In this document: positions 44,020 to 54,789 of the stretch, one piece after another
Layout: each line of letters starts with the position of its first letter
How positions within the stretch are numbered: position 1 is the first letter of the stretch
Origin: an uncultured virus (IMG/VR IMGVR_UViG_3300044970_001083)
Lineage: Duplodnaviria; Heunggongvirae; Uroviricota; Caudoviricetes
Direction: 5' to 3' (one strand)
Virus record (IMG/VR): IMGVR_UViG_3300044970_001083
Length of the DNA stretch: 64,000 bases
Program-made: the position numbers and the translations under genes
Notes under the pieces: model-generated
Told to the model about the DNA's origin: nothing
What the model saw: the letters and a program-made list of their open reading frames with translations, nothing else
Database searches by the model: none

Positions 44020-47000
44020 TATCTATTACCCCTAATTCTTTGTGCGTCAATTTGTTTAATTTGATTAATAACAGTTCTTGCAATATCATTTGGATTTGCA
44101 TTGCTATTTGATACATTGACGCTTAGACTATAATTATACACTGAGTTACCTAGAACTTCTCCATTATTAATACTATTCATTACCCCTGTGCCAAGCATAT
44201 CAACTGCTCTTTTTTGTACTACAAACTCCCCAGGAGTTAGCATTGCTGGGATAGTGTCTGTTCCTTTACCATATCCGCCTGCTGCAAAATATTTTGGAAC
44301 AACTCCACCCATTGCCATATATTTAGGAACCATTCCACCAGAGTTCATTGGGATGCGTAGGTAATTTAAAGGGTTGTAGGCTGCAGGCTGAGGCTTAGGT
44401 TTAGTTTGTTTCGCTGCCCACACTGGCGGGGCTTCTTTTTGCACCCCACCTAAATATTTGCCCATCTGAGTGGCCCAATCATCAGCAGCCTTTGGCGCAT
44501 CTGGTGTTGGTAGATTCAGGTGATTTAGGAAAGGAGGTGATGTTGATGTTGGTGTCCCACCTGCTTCTGCAAGTGCTTTTAATCTTGCTTCTTCTTTTAA
44601 TCTTGCTTCTTCTGCTTCTCTCTGTTTTTTTATCTCTTCATCTGAATAACCACTACCTGTAAGTTCTACTTTTTTTGTAGACTGTTGTGCAAGCAATTCT
44701 TTAACTTGAACTCCAACAGCCTTAAGCGCAGTTACGGTAGCATTTGCATCTCCAACAACACCCTGTAATATTTGTCCCAAGAAATCTTTATTGTTTGGAT
44801 CAATGCCAGCATCAAGAGCCTTAGCAATTCCAGTAACTGCAGACTCTATTTCAACTCGTGTCATTCCAATGGTTTTCTTAAGTTCATCGTCTAAAGCATT
44901 TTTAGCAAGTCTAATTCTTTCTTCAATATCTGATAGGCTATTAATAATAGCCTTATTATCTGCTTCAATTTTCTCTCTTGTTTTACCACCAAATTCAATG
45001 CCAGCAAGTTGTTTCTTTCTTGCATCTTCAATTGCCTTGCGTTTTCTTTCAATCTGTGCAGCAGCCTCTGCTTGTCTAATTTCCTGAATTGCTCCTGCTG
45101 CGCCTGCCATATCTCCACCAGCAAGTGCCTGAGCAAGACCAAATCTTCTTTGCTGTATTTGATTAATTTCTTCTTGTTTTACTGCAATCTTGTCTAATGC
45201 TTCAATTTGCTTGTCATACTTTTCATTAATTTTTTCTTCTTCTTGCGATATCTTTTCTAAAGCATATTCATTTGCTTCTTGACGAGAACTTAAAATTGCT
45301 TTTTCAGATGCATATTGATTTTCAATTAACTGCTCTTGTAATGCTACAAACTTTTGCACCATTTCAAATCTAGCCTTTTGGCCATCCATCGCATCCATAA
45401 GACCAATTTTTTCTACTCTTTCATATTGTTTTTGAGCATGAGTTAGTTTTTGTGTTTCTTCTTTAAGTTTTTGTAGTTGTTCTGGACTAAGTTCCTTATT
45501 TGCAATTGCAAGAGCAAGAGTTTGATCTTTAGCAAGTTCTTGGGCTTCTGCAAAAGTAAATCCAGCCTTGACAAGTGTTGATGTGGCCTGTGTTTGCTGC
45601 TTAAGTGCTAGAACGTTGTTTCTAATGCTTACCTGGTACTCGCCTAGTTTTGCAGAAACCATACCACGCATAATTGCCTTACCAGCCTCATTGAGAATAA
45701 GTAGTCCCTTTTGACCTTTTTCAACAAACTTTTCAAGATTTTTTTGTATTCCTTCTGGACCAAAAGAATCTACAAAATCTAAAAATTCTTGACTTACTTG
45801 GCCATTTCCTAAAAGTTGTTGATCAACACCTTTAAATTTTGTTAAACTGATTGCATCTTTACCAGACATAACTCTCTTTAATTCTTTAAGTCCACCAAGA
45901 GCATTAATGCTGCGGTCTTGAACCATCTTTAGTCTCATTAATAAGTCATCAAATGTTGTATCTCTTTCTTTTTTACCACCAGCACCTTTGCCACCACCTG
46001 GAACAGATGACTTATCTCCTGCAGTTTTTGTTACCTGTCTTGCTTTAAAGTCAGCATATTTTCTAAGGTAAGAATCTGTAAATCCGCTTTGGTCCGCTTG
46101 TCTTGGGTTAACACCCTGTTCTTTTAACCATGATTGAAATTCTGGATTATTAGCATCTATAGTTTCCGTTGTTGTAATTAATGTTTTTAAATAAACTTTT
46201 TGATCTTCTGCTGGAAGTTTGAGATAATAATCAAGATTTTCATTAAGTGTTTGAATTGCTTTTGGACTTGAGCCTAAAATCTTAGTTGCAATATCTACCT
46301 TAATCTTGCCTTTCTTTGCATCAACTTGTTTAAAAATATCCATAAGACGTGCTTGTTTATCTACATCTTTTGATATTACGTTTCCAATTATACTTACGTC
46401 TAATACTCCGCCAACTTTGCTAATCTGATTCCAAAAATCAATTTTTTCTTGTGCTTCTTTAGATGTCGGTGCTGCTCCTACTTCAAGCATAATTTGTTTT
46501 TGTAGTTCAACGTTTGCGCCATCTTTTCCAGCAAACATTGAAGCAACGCTTAAGGCTTCATTTGACACTGCTCCACCAAACTTAGTGGTGATGTTAAAAA
46601 ATTTTTCTTGATCTTCTTTAGTTTTAAAAATGTCTACAATATCAAGGACCTGCATAGGATCAAGTTGTCCAGATGCTAATTGCATTTTAAGAGTATACTT
46701 TTGTTCATCTTTAAGTTCCATGTCATCAATAGTAGATTTTGATAATGTAGCAACATCTTCAAGTGCTGTACCTTTATATTTAGAAGTTATAGCCTTATCT
46801 ACACCCGTCATAAGTTGTGATTGTGCCTTTGAATTTGTAAATGACTCAGTAATTTGTTGTGTTGTTTTTTGATTTTCTTCAACAAGTTTTTGCCTATTTG
46901 TATCATATTCTACTTGAAGTTTTTTGGCTTCTACAATTTTTCCTTCTGCTTTTAGAAGTTCTATTTTTCGTTGATATTCTAAATCCATAGAGTCTAACAA

Positions 47001-50000
47001 TTCTTGTTGTTGTTCTAATGCAATTTTTTGTAATGCTACTTGAGCACCTGAACTCTCACCCATTCTTTTTGCTCTATCTTTTCTACCATATATTGCACCA
47101 GCAATTGCACCGCCAATTGAGCCGACAACAGCGCCAATGGCTGTACCAACGACTGGAAGAATCATTGATCCCACCACTGCTCCCGCTAATGCACCTCCGC
47201 CAGCACCTGCTGCTTGCCAACCTTGAGCCTTAACCATATCCATGCCTGTCACTTTGCTTGACCTATTAGTAGCCGCTGCTGCTTGACCCATTCTTTCTCT
47301 TGTATCTTGAACTAATTTTGTTCTAACAGTTAATGGATCTGTCATTAAGTTTTCACCACTGGGGCCAAGGATAGATATTAACTTAGCGTTAACGCTCATT
47401 CCAAATGAATAATCTCCAAGTTCTTGAGCAATATTTGCAACAACGCTTCTTGCTTGTTCAGCGCTCATTGCTCCAGAACTTACTGCTGTTGCCATTTGTG
47501 AAACAAGTGCACTTTGAGCACCTGCTTGTCCACTTTGTTTAATGTTTTTTCCAACATCTTTAGCCATTTGCTTACCCTGCTCACCTTCAGCAAATGCTTG
47601 TCCAAATGTTTTTTTGCCTGGTTGAATTTGATAGATTCCAGTTTTTTCTTTTCTTCTTCTTTCCATAACTTCACCAGCAGATACTTTTCCTGCTGCTTCT
47701 GCAAACATTCTTATGTTTTTAGAACTTGCTCCCATTTGTTCTGCAAATGCAAGAGTTTCATCTTGTGCCTTATCAAAACTTCTTCTAACCAGTACTGCTG
47801 AAAGAGCAATTGCTCCAATTCCAACAACAGCAGCACTTATTGGTCCCTGAATCATGGACATGGCCATTATTGCTCCACTAGCAGCCGTCATCATTGGAGC
47901 AACCTTATCTGCAATTCCTCCACCCATCAATGACGCACCCTGAGCAACAGCACTTAAACCAAATGCAGCCATGTTTGCCCTTTGCATAAGCATTTGATTT
48001 CTTACTCTCATTGCTTCAACATCTTGTCCTCCTGCTCCACCCGCACCTCTACCAAACCTACCAAATCTTCTTTTAGTTGTTTGCTTAGTTTTTTCTTTTT
48101 CCTTATCTTCAAATGGATAATCAACACCTACTGGAATAGCAATTCCTCCAGGACTTACACGTTCACCAGATGGTAGTGTTGAAACAGGGTTTTGCATTGA
48201 TGCTTGATTATTAAGTGCATCTCTAGTACTTCCAAGCAATGCTCGTGATAGCACATTTGCAAACGCTGTACTTGCTTTTGATAAACCACTTTCTACAACA
48301 GTACTAAATCTTTTACCAGCACTATCTGCGCTTTGTGGACTTATTCCAATATCTGCATATGGATTGCCTTGGCCTGGTGGAAGAGGGATAATCGGTTCAT
48401 AAGGTGTGGGTCCTCCTGTGGTTCCTTTAGACCTATATTGAACCTTACCTGAATTCATTGCTTCAAGAATTGGACCATTTTCTTGTGTAGCCTTTTTATT
48501 TACTACAAATTCTCCTGGGGTAAGTAATGCTGGTACAGTGTCCTTCTCTCCATACCCTGGAACAGAGCCACCAGATGCAAATCTCTTTGGAGTTCCATAT
48601 TTCCTATTGGCAACATTTAATTTACTAAATCCAACTCCACGCATTTTTAACATATTAAACATCATATTTGGTGCTCTTAACATTTTTTTATGCGATTCTG
48701 GTAGTGCATCAAAATCAGATTGCCTTCTAGGAAAAAATCCCATAAATGCAGTAGAGTTTGATTTTTTAGAATGTATGGAACCTAGTGCATTAAGTACATG
48801 GCCTTGAATACCACCTTTTCCTGTTTGTTTAAGTCTTGGTTGGCCTTTACTAGGGTCTATCTTCCCTCTAGATGTCATGCCCTTATCTTTAGACATTCCT
48901 AATCTATAATCTTTTGCAGCAAGTTTAACTATATTTTTTGATATATCTTCTGTATTTTTTAATTGAATAGACATAAAACGTTTATACAGTCTTCGGTAAG
49001 TTTTACCGTCTATTCCTTCTCCTTCGGACATTGCACCAGCAAGTGCATATCGCATTGCCATTTCTTTTTTCCATTTAAGAGGATTAGAGTGTATTTTTAA
49101 ATTAGTATCAAGATCTGCTAAAGCCATTTTCATAAACTTAGTATCTCTTTCTAATTTCACAAGACTTTGCTTAGTTGGTGGTTGTGGAGGTCTTGACTCC
49201 ATCTTTTGTAATTCTTTTTGAATAGTTGCTTTTGATCGTATTGCATCTTCATAAGTTAAAGGATATGGTCTTGCAATATCAAGACTAGGTCTTTCGCTTA
49301 TTTGATTATAACCATGATTTCCTAAAATAGTAAAACCACTATCGATTTTATATCCTGCTTTTGCACCCATAGTATGCAAGTTTGAATCTTTTCCACTTGT
49401 AAAATGTAATTTTTCTAAAGAGTTTAAACTTGGATCATATTCTCCTGTTAACGGAGATCTTCTAGGAGTCCCCCCGTTCCTTAATACAAAACCACCCTTA
49501 TTTAATCTTTGTAAAAATCCTTTATTTTCTTGTGCTGCATCTTTTCTTACAACAAACTCTCCAGGAGTTAGCATTGCAGGAACTGTGTCTCCACTTCCTG
49601 ATCCTGGAACAAATCCTCCTGCTGCAAATTTCTTTCTTCTAGTTGGCCCTAGCATGCCAGGGTTTGCTATTGCAAAATTATTTGCTGCAACAACACCACG
49701 TCTATATGCATTTGTTAATCCATCAACTGCACTAGATTCTAAAGTAAATGTTTGAATTAATTTTGAATGTGCTTGATTTAAAGATGCAGCAATTGTAGCA
49801 GCCTCAATTTGTTCAGAAGACATGTATTGAGTTTGAAATGCTAACTGGTTAGATTGTTTTCCTAGACCAAGAAATCCACTTCTCATTGTTGTAAATAGTT
49901 TAATAATATTTGCTGCGCCGTTGGCAATCAAACCAAAAGTCATAAGGAATACTGGACCAATTGCTCCTATAATTGTTGTAACTACAACTAATGCTTTTTT

Positions 50001-51620
50001 AGTTCCGTCTCCAAGACCATTAAACTTTTCGAGTATCTTGCCGACAAACTCTGCTATTGGTGTAACTGCCTTTAAGAACTGTTCTCCAACTGGCGCAATT
50101 GCTGATTTAAGACCTTCCATTGCCTTTTGAAATTTTGTTCCAGTTGCATTTTCTAATGTTTTTAATTCTCTTTCAGAAAGAATTGCCAACTCTTCGGTTG
50201 ATTGTGAAACTAAATTTAAAACTCGTGATGCCTGTGTTCCATCTTTACTTACGTTTTGAAATAGAGTTGAAAGTCTTGAAAACTGGAATTTACCAAAAAG
50301 TTGCTCAATTGCTCTTGCTCTAGTTAGTGGGTCTAATGTATCTAATGCAGCAGCAAAATCTAAAACAATTCCTTTAACATTTCCTTGATTAGATTCAACA
50401 ATTTGATTAATATTAACACCAAACTCCATAAGCATTGCTGATGCTTTTTCAGTTGGGTTAATTAATGCTGCAAGGCCAGACTTTAATGCGTTTGCACCTT
50501 CAGAAGCATTAATTCCACCTTCCTTCATTGCTGTAAGGAAGAATGCAAGATCTTCTACGTCTCCACCAAGTTGTTTAACAACTGGACCAGCCTTTGGAAT
50601 TGCAATAGTTAAATCTTCAATGCTGACAACAGTTTGGTTTTCAACTGCGTTAAGAAAATTAATTTTTCTAGCAAGGTCTTCTGCTGATGTTCCAAATGCA
50701 TCTTGTAATGCAATTGTCGTAGATAAAGCCTCTGACTGCTCTACAGACCCAAGAACCGCAAGACGTGTTGCTTCTGTAACTTGCGCCATAAGGTCTGCGC
50801 CCATCTTACCGCTGGCTGCTGCATCTGCTGCAAGTTTCATAGTGTCTACAACTGCAACACCGTATTTTGTAAACTCATCAGCAAGCAATCTTATATTTTC
50901 AAGAGCAGCATTTGTCTCTTCTGTTGTAGTAAATATTTCACCATAAACACGCTTAAATCTAATTGCTTGTTTTTCTAAATCCATAAATACTTGAGATGCT
51001 TTAGTACCAAAAATAGTAAGAGGAATTGTAAAACCAACCATGAGTTGGCGACCAGCCCATTGTGTATTCTTACCAAAATTTAAAAGGTTTGTTGATCCTT
51101 GTTTTAATAGTTGTCCGAACAACTGTTGTTTTTGTGCAGCAAGAGCAATTTTTGTTGATAAGTCTTGCATGTCTAGAGTAAGCGGTCTTACTGCTATAGA
51201 CTGTAGCGCTCCGTTTGCTGAACGACCCATCTTAATATACTGGGTCTGCATTGTTTTGACACGCTCTTCAGCAACCTTGCCAATTGTGTCAAATTCAGAT
51301 TTAAATAATTTACCAAAAGTTCTTGTAGAACCAGCAGCAAACCTAAAGTATTCTCTGGTAGAAAGTTTATTTCTTTCTAAAGAATCAGTAAATGATTCTG
51401 TTGTACTTTTTATTTCTCTAATGCCTGCTGAAAACTTACCCGTAGCATTGATAGAGTTAATTAAATTATTTTGTAAATCTTGTTGTGCCCTTGCTGCCTG
51501 AGCACTATTTTTTGCTAAAGAGGTGTGAAATGTTGATATTTGTCGTTGCAGTGCTTTTAATTGTGCTAACGCTTCACTAGCATCAATATTAACTTGAATA
51601 TTGGACTGAATATCAGCCAT
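44019..51620 (-). CDS. Tape measure protein
   Basis: 2533 aa, helical and Ala-rich, TP901-like core, repeated GG..PG.G..DTVPAMLTPGEFVV motifs. Confidence 0.92.
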   Translation of the reverse strand: MADIQSNIQVNIDASEALAQLKALQRQISTFHTSLAKNSAQAARAQQDLQNNLINSINATGKFSAGIREIKSTTESFTDSLERNKLSTREYFRFAAGSTRTFGKLFKSEFDTIGKVAEERVKTMQTQYIKMGRSANGALQSIAVRPLTLDMQDLSTKIALAAQKQQLFGQLLKQGSTNLLNFGKNTQWAGRQLMVGFTIPLTIFGTKASQVFMDLEKQAIRFKRVYGEIFTTTEETNAALENIRLLADEFTKYGVAVVDTMKLAADAAASGKMGADLMAQVTEATRLAVLGSVEQSEALSTTIALQDAFGTSAEDLARKINFLNAVENQTVVSIEDLTIAIPKAGPVVKQLGGDVEDLAFFLTAMKEGGINASEGANALKSGLAALINPTEKASAMLMEFGVNINQIVESNQGNVKGIVLDFAAALDTLDPLTRARAIEQLFGKFQFSRLSTLFQNVSKDGTQASRVLNLVSQSTEELAILSERELKTLENATGTKFQKAMEGLKSAIAPVGEQFLKAVTPIAEFVGKILEKFNGLGDGTKKALVVVTTIIGAIGPVFLMTFGLIANGAANIIKLFTTMRSGFLGLGKQSNQLAFQTQYMSSEQIEAATIAASLNQAHSKLIQTFTLESSAVDGLTNAYRRGVVAANNFAIANPGMLGPTRRKKFAAGGFVPGSGSGDTVPAMLTPGEFVVRKDAAQENKGFLQRLNKGGFVLRNGGTPRRSPLTGEYDPSLNSLEKLHFTSGKDSNLHTMGAKAGYKIDSGFTILGNHGYNQISERPSLDIARPYPLTYEDAIRSKATIQKELQKMESRPPQPPTKQSLVKLERDTKFMKMALADLDTNLKIHSNPLKWKKEMAMRYALAGAMSEGEGIDGKTYRRLYKRFMSIQLKNTEDISKNIVKLAAKDYRLGMSKDKGMTSRGKIDPSKGQPRLKQTGKGGIQGHVLNALGSIHSKKSNSTAFMGFFPRRQSDFDALPESHKKMLRAPNMMFNMLKMRGVGFSKLNVANRKYGTPKRFASGGSVPGYGEKDTVPALLTPGEFVVNKKATQENGPILEAMNSGKVQYRSKGTTGGPTPYEPIIPLPPGQGNPYADIGISPQSADSAGKRFSTVVESGLSKASTAFANVLSRALLGSTRDALNNQASMQNPVSTLPSGERVSPGGIAIPVGVDYPFEDKEKEKTKQTTKRRFGRFGRGAGGAGGQDVEAMRVRNQMLMQRANMAAFGLSAVAQGASLMGGGIADKVAPMMTAASGAIMAMSMIQGPISAAVVGIGAIALSAVLVRRSFDKAQDETLAFAEQMGASSKNIRMFAEAAGKVSAGEVMERRRKEKTGIYQIQPGKKTFGQAFAEGEQGKQMAKDVGKNIKQSGQAGAQSALVSQMATAVSSGAMSAEQARSVVANIAQELGDYSFGMSVNAKLISILGPSGENLMTDPLTVRTKLVQDTRERMGQAAAATNRSSKVTGMDMVKAQGWQAAGAGGGALAGAVVGSMILPVVGTAIGAVVGSIGGAIAGAIYGRKDRAKRMGESSGAQVALQKIALEQQQELLDSMDLEYQRKIELLKAEGKIVEAKKLQVEYDTNRQKLVEENQKTTQQITESFTNSKAQSQLMTGVDKAITSKYKGTALEDVATLSKSTIDDMELKDEQKYTLKMQLASGQLDPMQVLDIVDIFKTKEDQEKFFNITTKFGGAVSNEALSVASMFAGKDGANVELQKQIMLEVGAAPTSKEAQEKIDFWNQISKVGGVLDVSIIGNVISKDVDKQARLMDIFKQVDAKKGKIKVDIATKILGSSPKAIQTLNENLDYYLKLPAEDQKVYLKTLITTTETIDANNPEFQSWLKEQGVNPRQADQSGFTDSYLRKYADFKARQVTKTAGDKSSVPGGGKGAGGKKERDTTFDDLLMRLKMVQDRSINALGGLKELKRVMSGKDAISLTKFKGVDQQLLGNGQVSQEFLDFVDSFGPEGIQKNLEKFVEKGQKGLLILNEAGKAIMRGMVSAKLGEYQVSIRNNVLALKQQTQATSTLVKAGFTFAEAQELAKDQTLALAIANKELSPEQLQKLKEETQKLTHAQKQYERVEKIGLMDAMDGQKARFEMVQKFVALQEQLIENQYASEKAILSSRQEANEYALEKISQEEEKINEKYDKQIEALDKIAVKQEEINQIQQRRFGLAQALAGGDMAGAAGAIQEIRQAEAAAQIERKRKAIEDARKKQLAGIEFGGKTREKIEADNKAIINSLSDIEERIRLAKNALDDELKKTIGMTRVEIESAVTGIAKALDAGIDPNNKDFLGQILQGVVGDANATVTALKAVGVQVKELLAQQSTKKVELTGSGYSDEEIKKQREAEEARLKEEARLKALAEAGGTPTSTSPPFLNHLNLPTPDAPKAADDWATQMGKYLGGVQKEAPPVWAAKQTKPKPQPAAYNPLNYLRIPMNSGGMVPKYMAMGGVVPKYFAAGGYGKGTDTIPAMLTPGEFVVQKRAVDMLGTGVMNSINNGEVLGNSVYNYSLSVNVSNSNANPNDIARTVINQIKQIDAQRIRGNR

Positions 51621-51639
51621 TCACAGCACCTCTTTAGTT

Positions 51640-51957
51640 TTAAATATTTAGAAGGTCAGCCTCTTGAAGATTAACTCCAGATGCTGCTTCAATAATCTTA
51701 TATACAGTTGGAAGATCCAAGATTTCTTCTAACTTTTCCATGTCGTCTGCTAATTCTGGCTTATATTGCTGCAATGCAATATTTACACATTCTAGAAGAA
51801 CGACAAGCGACTTTTCGTTATCCTGAGAAACAGTTGCAATCTCCTCAAACTTTTTCATAAAAGGCTTAAGCAATGATATTTTTAGAGGTCTTAGTGCAAT
51901 CTTAGTTCCATCAATAAGAACTACAGTTTTTTCATCTTTTGCAGTAGTTGCTGCCAT
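51640..51957 (-). CDS. Tail assembly chaperone (short, G-like)
   Basis: Between the major tail and tape measure genes; start MAATT with SD AAAGGA; promoter TGCTATAAT at 51987-51995. Confidence 0.7.
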   Translation of the reverse strand: MAATTAKDEKTVVLIDGTKIALRPLKISLLKPFMKKFEEIATVSQDNEKSLVVLLECVNIALQQYKPELADDMEKLEEILDLPTVYKIIEAASGVNLQEADLLNI

Positions 51958-52002
51958 TATATTGTTCCTTTCAACATAGTAAATCAATTATAGCATAAAA
52001 CA

Positions 52003-52695
52003 CTATTTTTGGGTAAGATCTTCGTACTCTAAACCCATTCCTATTCCAAACCCAGCCATTTGTGCATTTGCACCTTGTAATGATAAAACATCATTACCAT
52101 CAGATGTTTTTCCTTTGCTAAATACTCTAGCCTTTAAGTTTTCCCATTCATTTTGCTGATTTTTTCCCTTGTCAATATCTACACCTTGTATTGCTGCTAA
52201 AAACTTTTTTTCTTCATAATCTAACTCTCTTCGTGAAGCAAGGGTTGCCATAAGTTCTGGCATTGATAAAGATAGTTCTAATTCTCTATAATCTTTCCAA
52301 ATTCCTATTAAAAATACTTCAGACTCTAGTTTTGCAAGATCTAAATCTGACCATCCAGATGCTTTTTCACCATCCATAGTTTTTTGTTTTACATCTTTAT
52401 CATCTTTACTATTTACTTTAATATTGGCTGCATACTCTAATATTTCATAAACCATATGTAAATCTACTAAATTTTCTACATCTTCCAGGGATTTAGCCTC
52501 GGGATAATATTGTCTCATTGCAATAGCAGCGCACTTAACCAAAACATCAACTGCATCCATATCATCTTTTACATCTTTTATATTTTCAAATTCGTCCATA
52601 AGATCATGCAAATGTTTAATTTTTAATGGCACCATCTCAATGTACCTGCCATTTAATAACTCAAGATTTTTTGAAGAATATATTTTTGTAGCCAT
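52003..52695 (-). CDS. Tail assembly chaperone (long, GT-like)
   Basis: N-terminal half paralogous to the short chaperone, plus a C-terminal extension; leaderless TGCTAAAAT at 52703-52711. Confidence 0.65.
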   Translation of the reverse strand: MATKIYSSKNLELLNGRYIEMVPLKIKHLHDLMDEFENIKDVKDDMDAVDVLVKCAAIAMRQYYPEAKSLEDVENLVDLHMVYEILEYAANIKVNSKDDKDVKQKTMDGEKASGWSDLDLAKLESEVFLIGIWKDYRELELSLSMPELMATLASRRELDYEEKKFLAAIQGVDIDKGKNQQNEWENLKARVFSKGKTSDGNDVLSLQGANAQMAGFGIGMGLEYEDLTQK

Positions 52696-52712
52696 TTACA
52701 TAATTTTAGCAC

Positions 52713-52744
52713 AAAAAGACAAAGCCCATCTATAAAAGATGGGC
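52713..52744 (-). terminator. Intrinsic terminator after the major tail gene
   Basis: GCCCATCT/AGATGGGC stem followed by TTTGTCTTTTT. Confidence 0.7.
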
Positions 52745-52762
52745 CTTATCAATCAGTTAAGA

Positions 52763-53404
52763 TTATGATGCAGTGTGAGTGCGATCAACGATCTTGCCGT
52801 ATGTTGCTGTCAAGTCATCTGGAAGAAGACGGAATGAAACTTCAAACATTGAAGCCTCGTCACGCTTAGCAGATACTGTAACATTTTCAATGGAAAGAGC
52901 ACGATACGCAACGTATACACGCTCAACGTTTCCAGAATCTTCACAGTCACCAGTTCCTGGACCTACTGCAACGATACCACGCTCAACTGGGCATTCTCCA
53001 ATGTCTCCTGCGGAGAGATTAAGAGTGCGACCTGCTGATGAAGCCTTGTTGCCTGAAAGGTCGGAATCCTGGCCTGCGGTAGCAAGAAGAAGATTCTCAA
53101 GAGTTGCCTCTGCAAAAGCGGTAGCAAGATTTACTTGCATTCCCTGCTTGTAGAGTTTTGCAACGTCTAGAATCTGGTCGACCTGAACCTCACCAAAATC
53201 TGGTTGGAATTGAAGTTCAATACCGTTCATTGTATAACCAACGTTTGTGTAGTCTGGGTCTGCTGAAAGAGTAGACTTGTAAGACTCTGTGCTTACAAAC
53301 GATGGAATAGCGTTAGTAGTGGTATTGAGATTGGCATCAGCAACGAAAAGGGCTGCTGCACCTACGATAATATTAGTGGATGTACCACGAGAATATGCTG
53401 GCAT
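52763..53404 (-). CDS. Major tail protein
   Basis: NIIVGAA, VGYT.NG, VDQ, LAEATLENL-like motif; own promoter TGATATACT at 53478-53486 and own terminator. Confidence 0.85.
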   Translation of the reverse strand: MPAYSRGTSTNIIVGAAALFVADANLNTTTNAIPSFVSTESYKSTLSADPDYTNVGYTMNGIELQFQPDFGEVQVDQILDVAKLYKQGMQVNLATAFAEATLENLLLATAGQDSDLSGNKASSAGRTLNLSAGDIGECPVERGIVAVGPGTGDCEDSGNVERVYVAYRALSIENVTVSAKRDEASMFEVSFRLLPDDLTATYGKIVDRTHTAS

Positions 53405-53492
53405 ATTTAATTCACCTCTTTTTTAGTTTTGTATTAAGTTGTGTAGTGGTAAACAAGGCGATGTTTCCTCTAAACCCAGTATATCAGTGTTT

Positions 53493-54104
53493 TTAGGTAT
53501 AATTAATATCAGGATCTGGGATGGCAGTATTAATGATTTTCTGCTGATTAATGGAATGGTAGTCATATTCAATAACGAATTTATTGAGCGTCAAGCCTCT
53601 TAAAGCAGCAAGTTCAGTTAGGTCTCTAACTTCTTCCAATTGATAAACTTTAATGTCATGAAAATATACGTTATGTGTAATTGGTACGGCTGAATCACTT
53701 ATTGGGCTATTCCCGTTTTGCTTAGCCATGCACCATCTATTTAGGTCCTCTGCAGCAGCATCTGATCTATCAAGAAGTTGTGAAATTATAATTCCAGCAT
53801 CTATGATCTTGCTTGGGACTGAATAGACATAATATAAGAGTTGTTCACACTTCATAGGATAAAAAGCATCTCTTCTAAATCTTAGGAGCCTATCATACTG
53901 AATAGCAATATCCCATTGCACTGAAAGAGCAGTTCCATTTTCATCATATTGTTGTGGAATATCAACTCTGTTTTTTGTTAAATCATCTATTGCATTCGGA
54001 CTGCTTGGAATTGTAAGAACACTAAAGCCATACTTGTTTAGTTCTTCTTTAATATATTCATTAATCCAGATAGGTGGAAATGGAAGGTCTCTTATGTCTT
54101 TCAT
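53493..54104 (-). CDS. Tail terminator-like protein
   Basis: Position just upstream of the major tail gene. Confidence 0.5.
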   Translation of the reverse strand: MKDIRDLPFPPIWINEYIKEELNKYGFSVLTIPSSPNAIDDLTKNRVDIPQQYDENGTALSVQWDIAIQYDRLLRFRRDAFYPMKCEQLLYYVYSVPSKIIDAGIIISQLLDRSDAAAEDLNRWCMAKQNGNSPISDSAVPITHNVYFHDIKVYQLEEVRDLTELAALRGLTLNKFVIEYDYHSINQQKIINTAIPDPDINYT

Positions 54105-54108
54105 ACTC

Positions 54109-54789
54109 TTATTCTACCCCAATTGTTGCATTCAATATCCAATTATATCCTGTTTGTATTCCTTTTGATTTGCCTTGCTTAGATCCTGCTTTAAAATTAT
54201 TCTTATAGGCTTTTGGACTTTCTAAATAGTCAATAAGGCCACTAGATCTTAAAAATATCTGACTAAAATATGATCTAAAAAATGAATCAAAAACTTTTTC
54301 ATATGACCCCTGAACTTGATCTCCTCCAGGATTTTCTACTGTAACTGGTTGTTTGGTAAACACCTGTTCTCCATTGTCTTCAAATGCAAGAACACTTTTA
54401 TTTTTAGGTCTAATGGTTACTGGAATTCCATTTTCCATTATTCTAGCCTTGTCATAAAACGGAACAGAGGATCCACTTTTTCTTGATCTTGACTGAGTAA
54501 AGGTAGAATTAAAAGAAATTCCAATATCATTTACAATATACTTAATTTCATATAGTCTTGCTGATGGGCTTGCAATTCTATCCCACTCATAAATATGATG
54601 TAACGCCCCTGGACTCATTCTTGCATTAACATCAATATATTTTTTTAAACCGTCTATAGTTCCTTTTGCTAAATTTGTCATAAATCTTGACTCACCCAAT
54701 TTTGTTCCATCAATAAATCCTATTGAATAATCAACAACATTAAGCATAGTTTTTTCAAACTTTAAAGAATTTAATCTTGTTGTTATCAT
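54109..54789 (-). CDS. Neck/tail completion protein
   Basis: Position; LHHIYEW, KARIMENG. Confidence 0.5.
   Translation of the reverse strand: MITTRLNSLKFEKTMLNVVDYSIGFIDGTKLGESRFMTNLAKGTIDGLKKYIDVNARMSPGALHHIYEWDRIASPSARLYEIKYIVNDIGISFNSTFTQSRSRKSGSSVPFYDKARIMENGIPVTIRPKNKSVLAFEDNGEQVFTKQPVTVENPGGDQVQGSYEKVFDSFFRSYFSQIFLRSSGLIDYLESPKAYKNNFKAGSKQGKSKGIQTGYNWILNATIGVE

Noticed and set aside
53440..53446. CUACACA in the major-tail leader as a target of the candidate sRNA
   Set aside because: Only 7 nt of complementarity, and the matching sRNA bases are locked in the terminal stem; compatible with chance.
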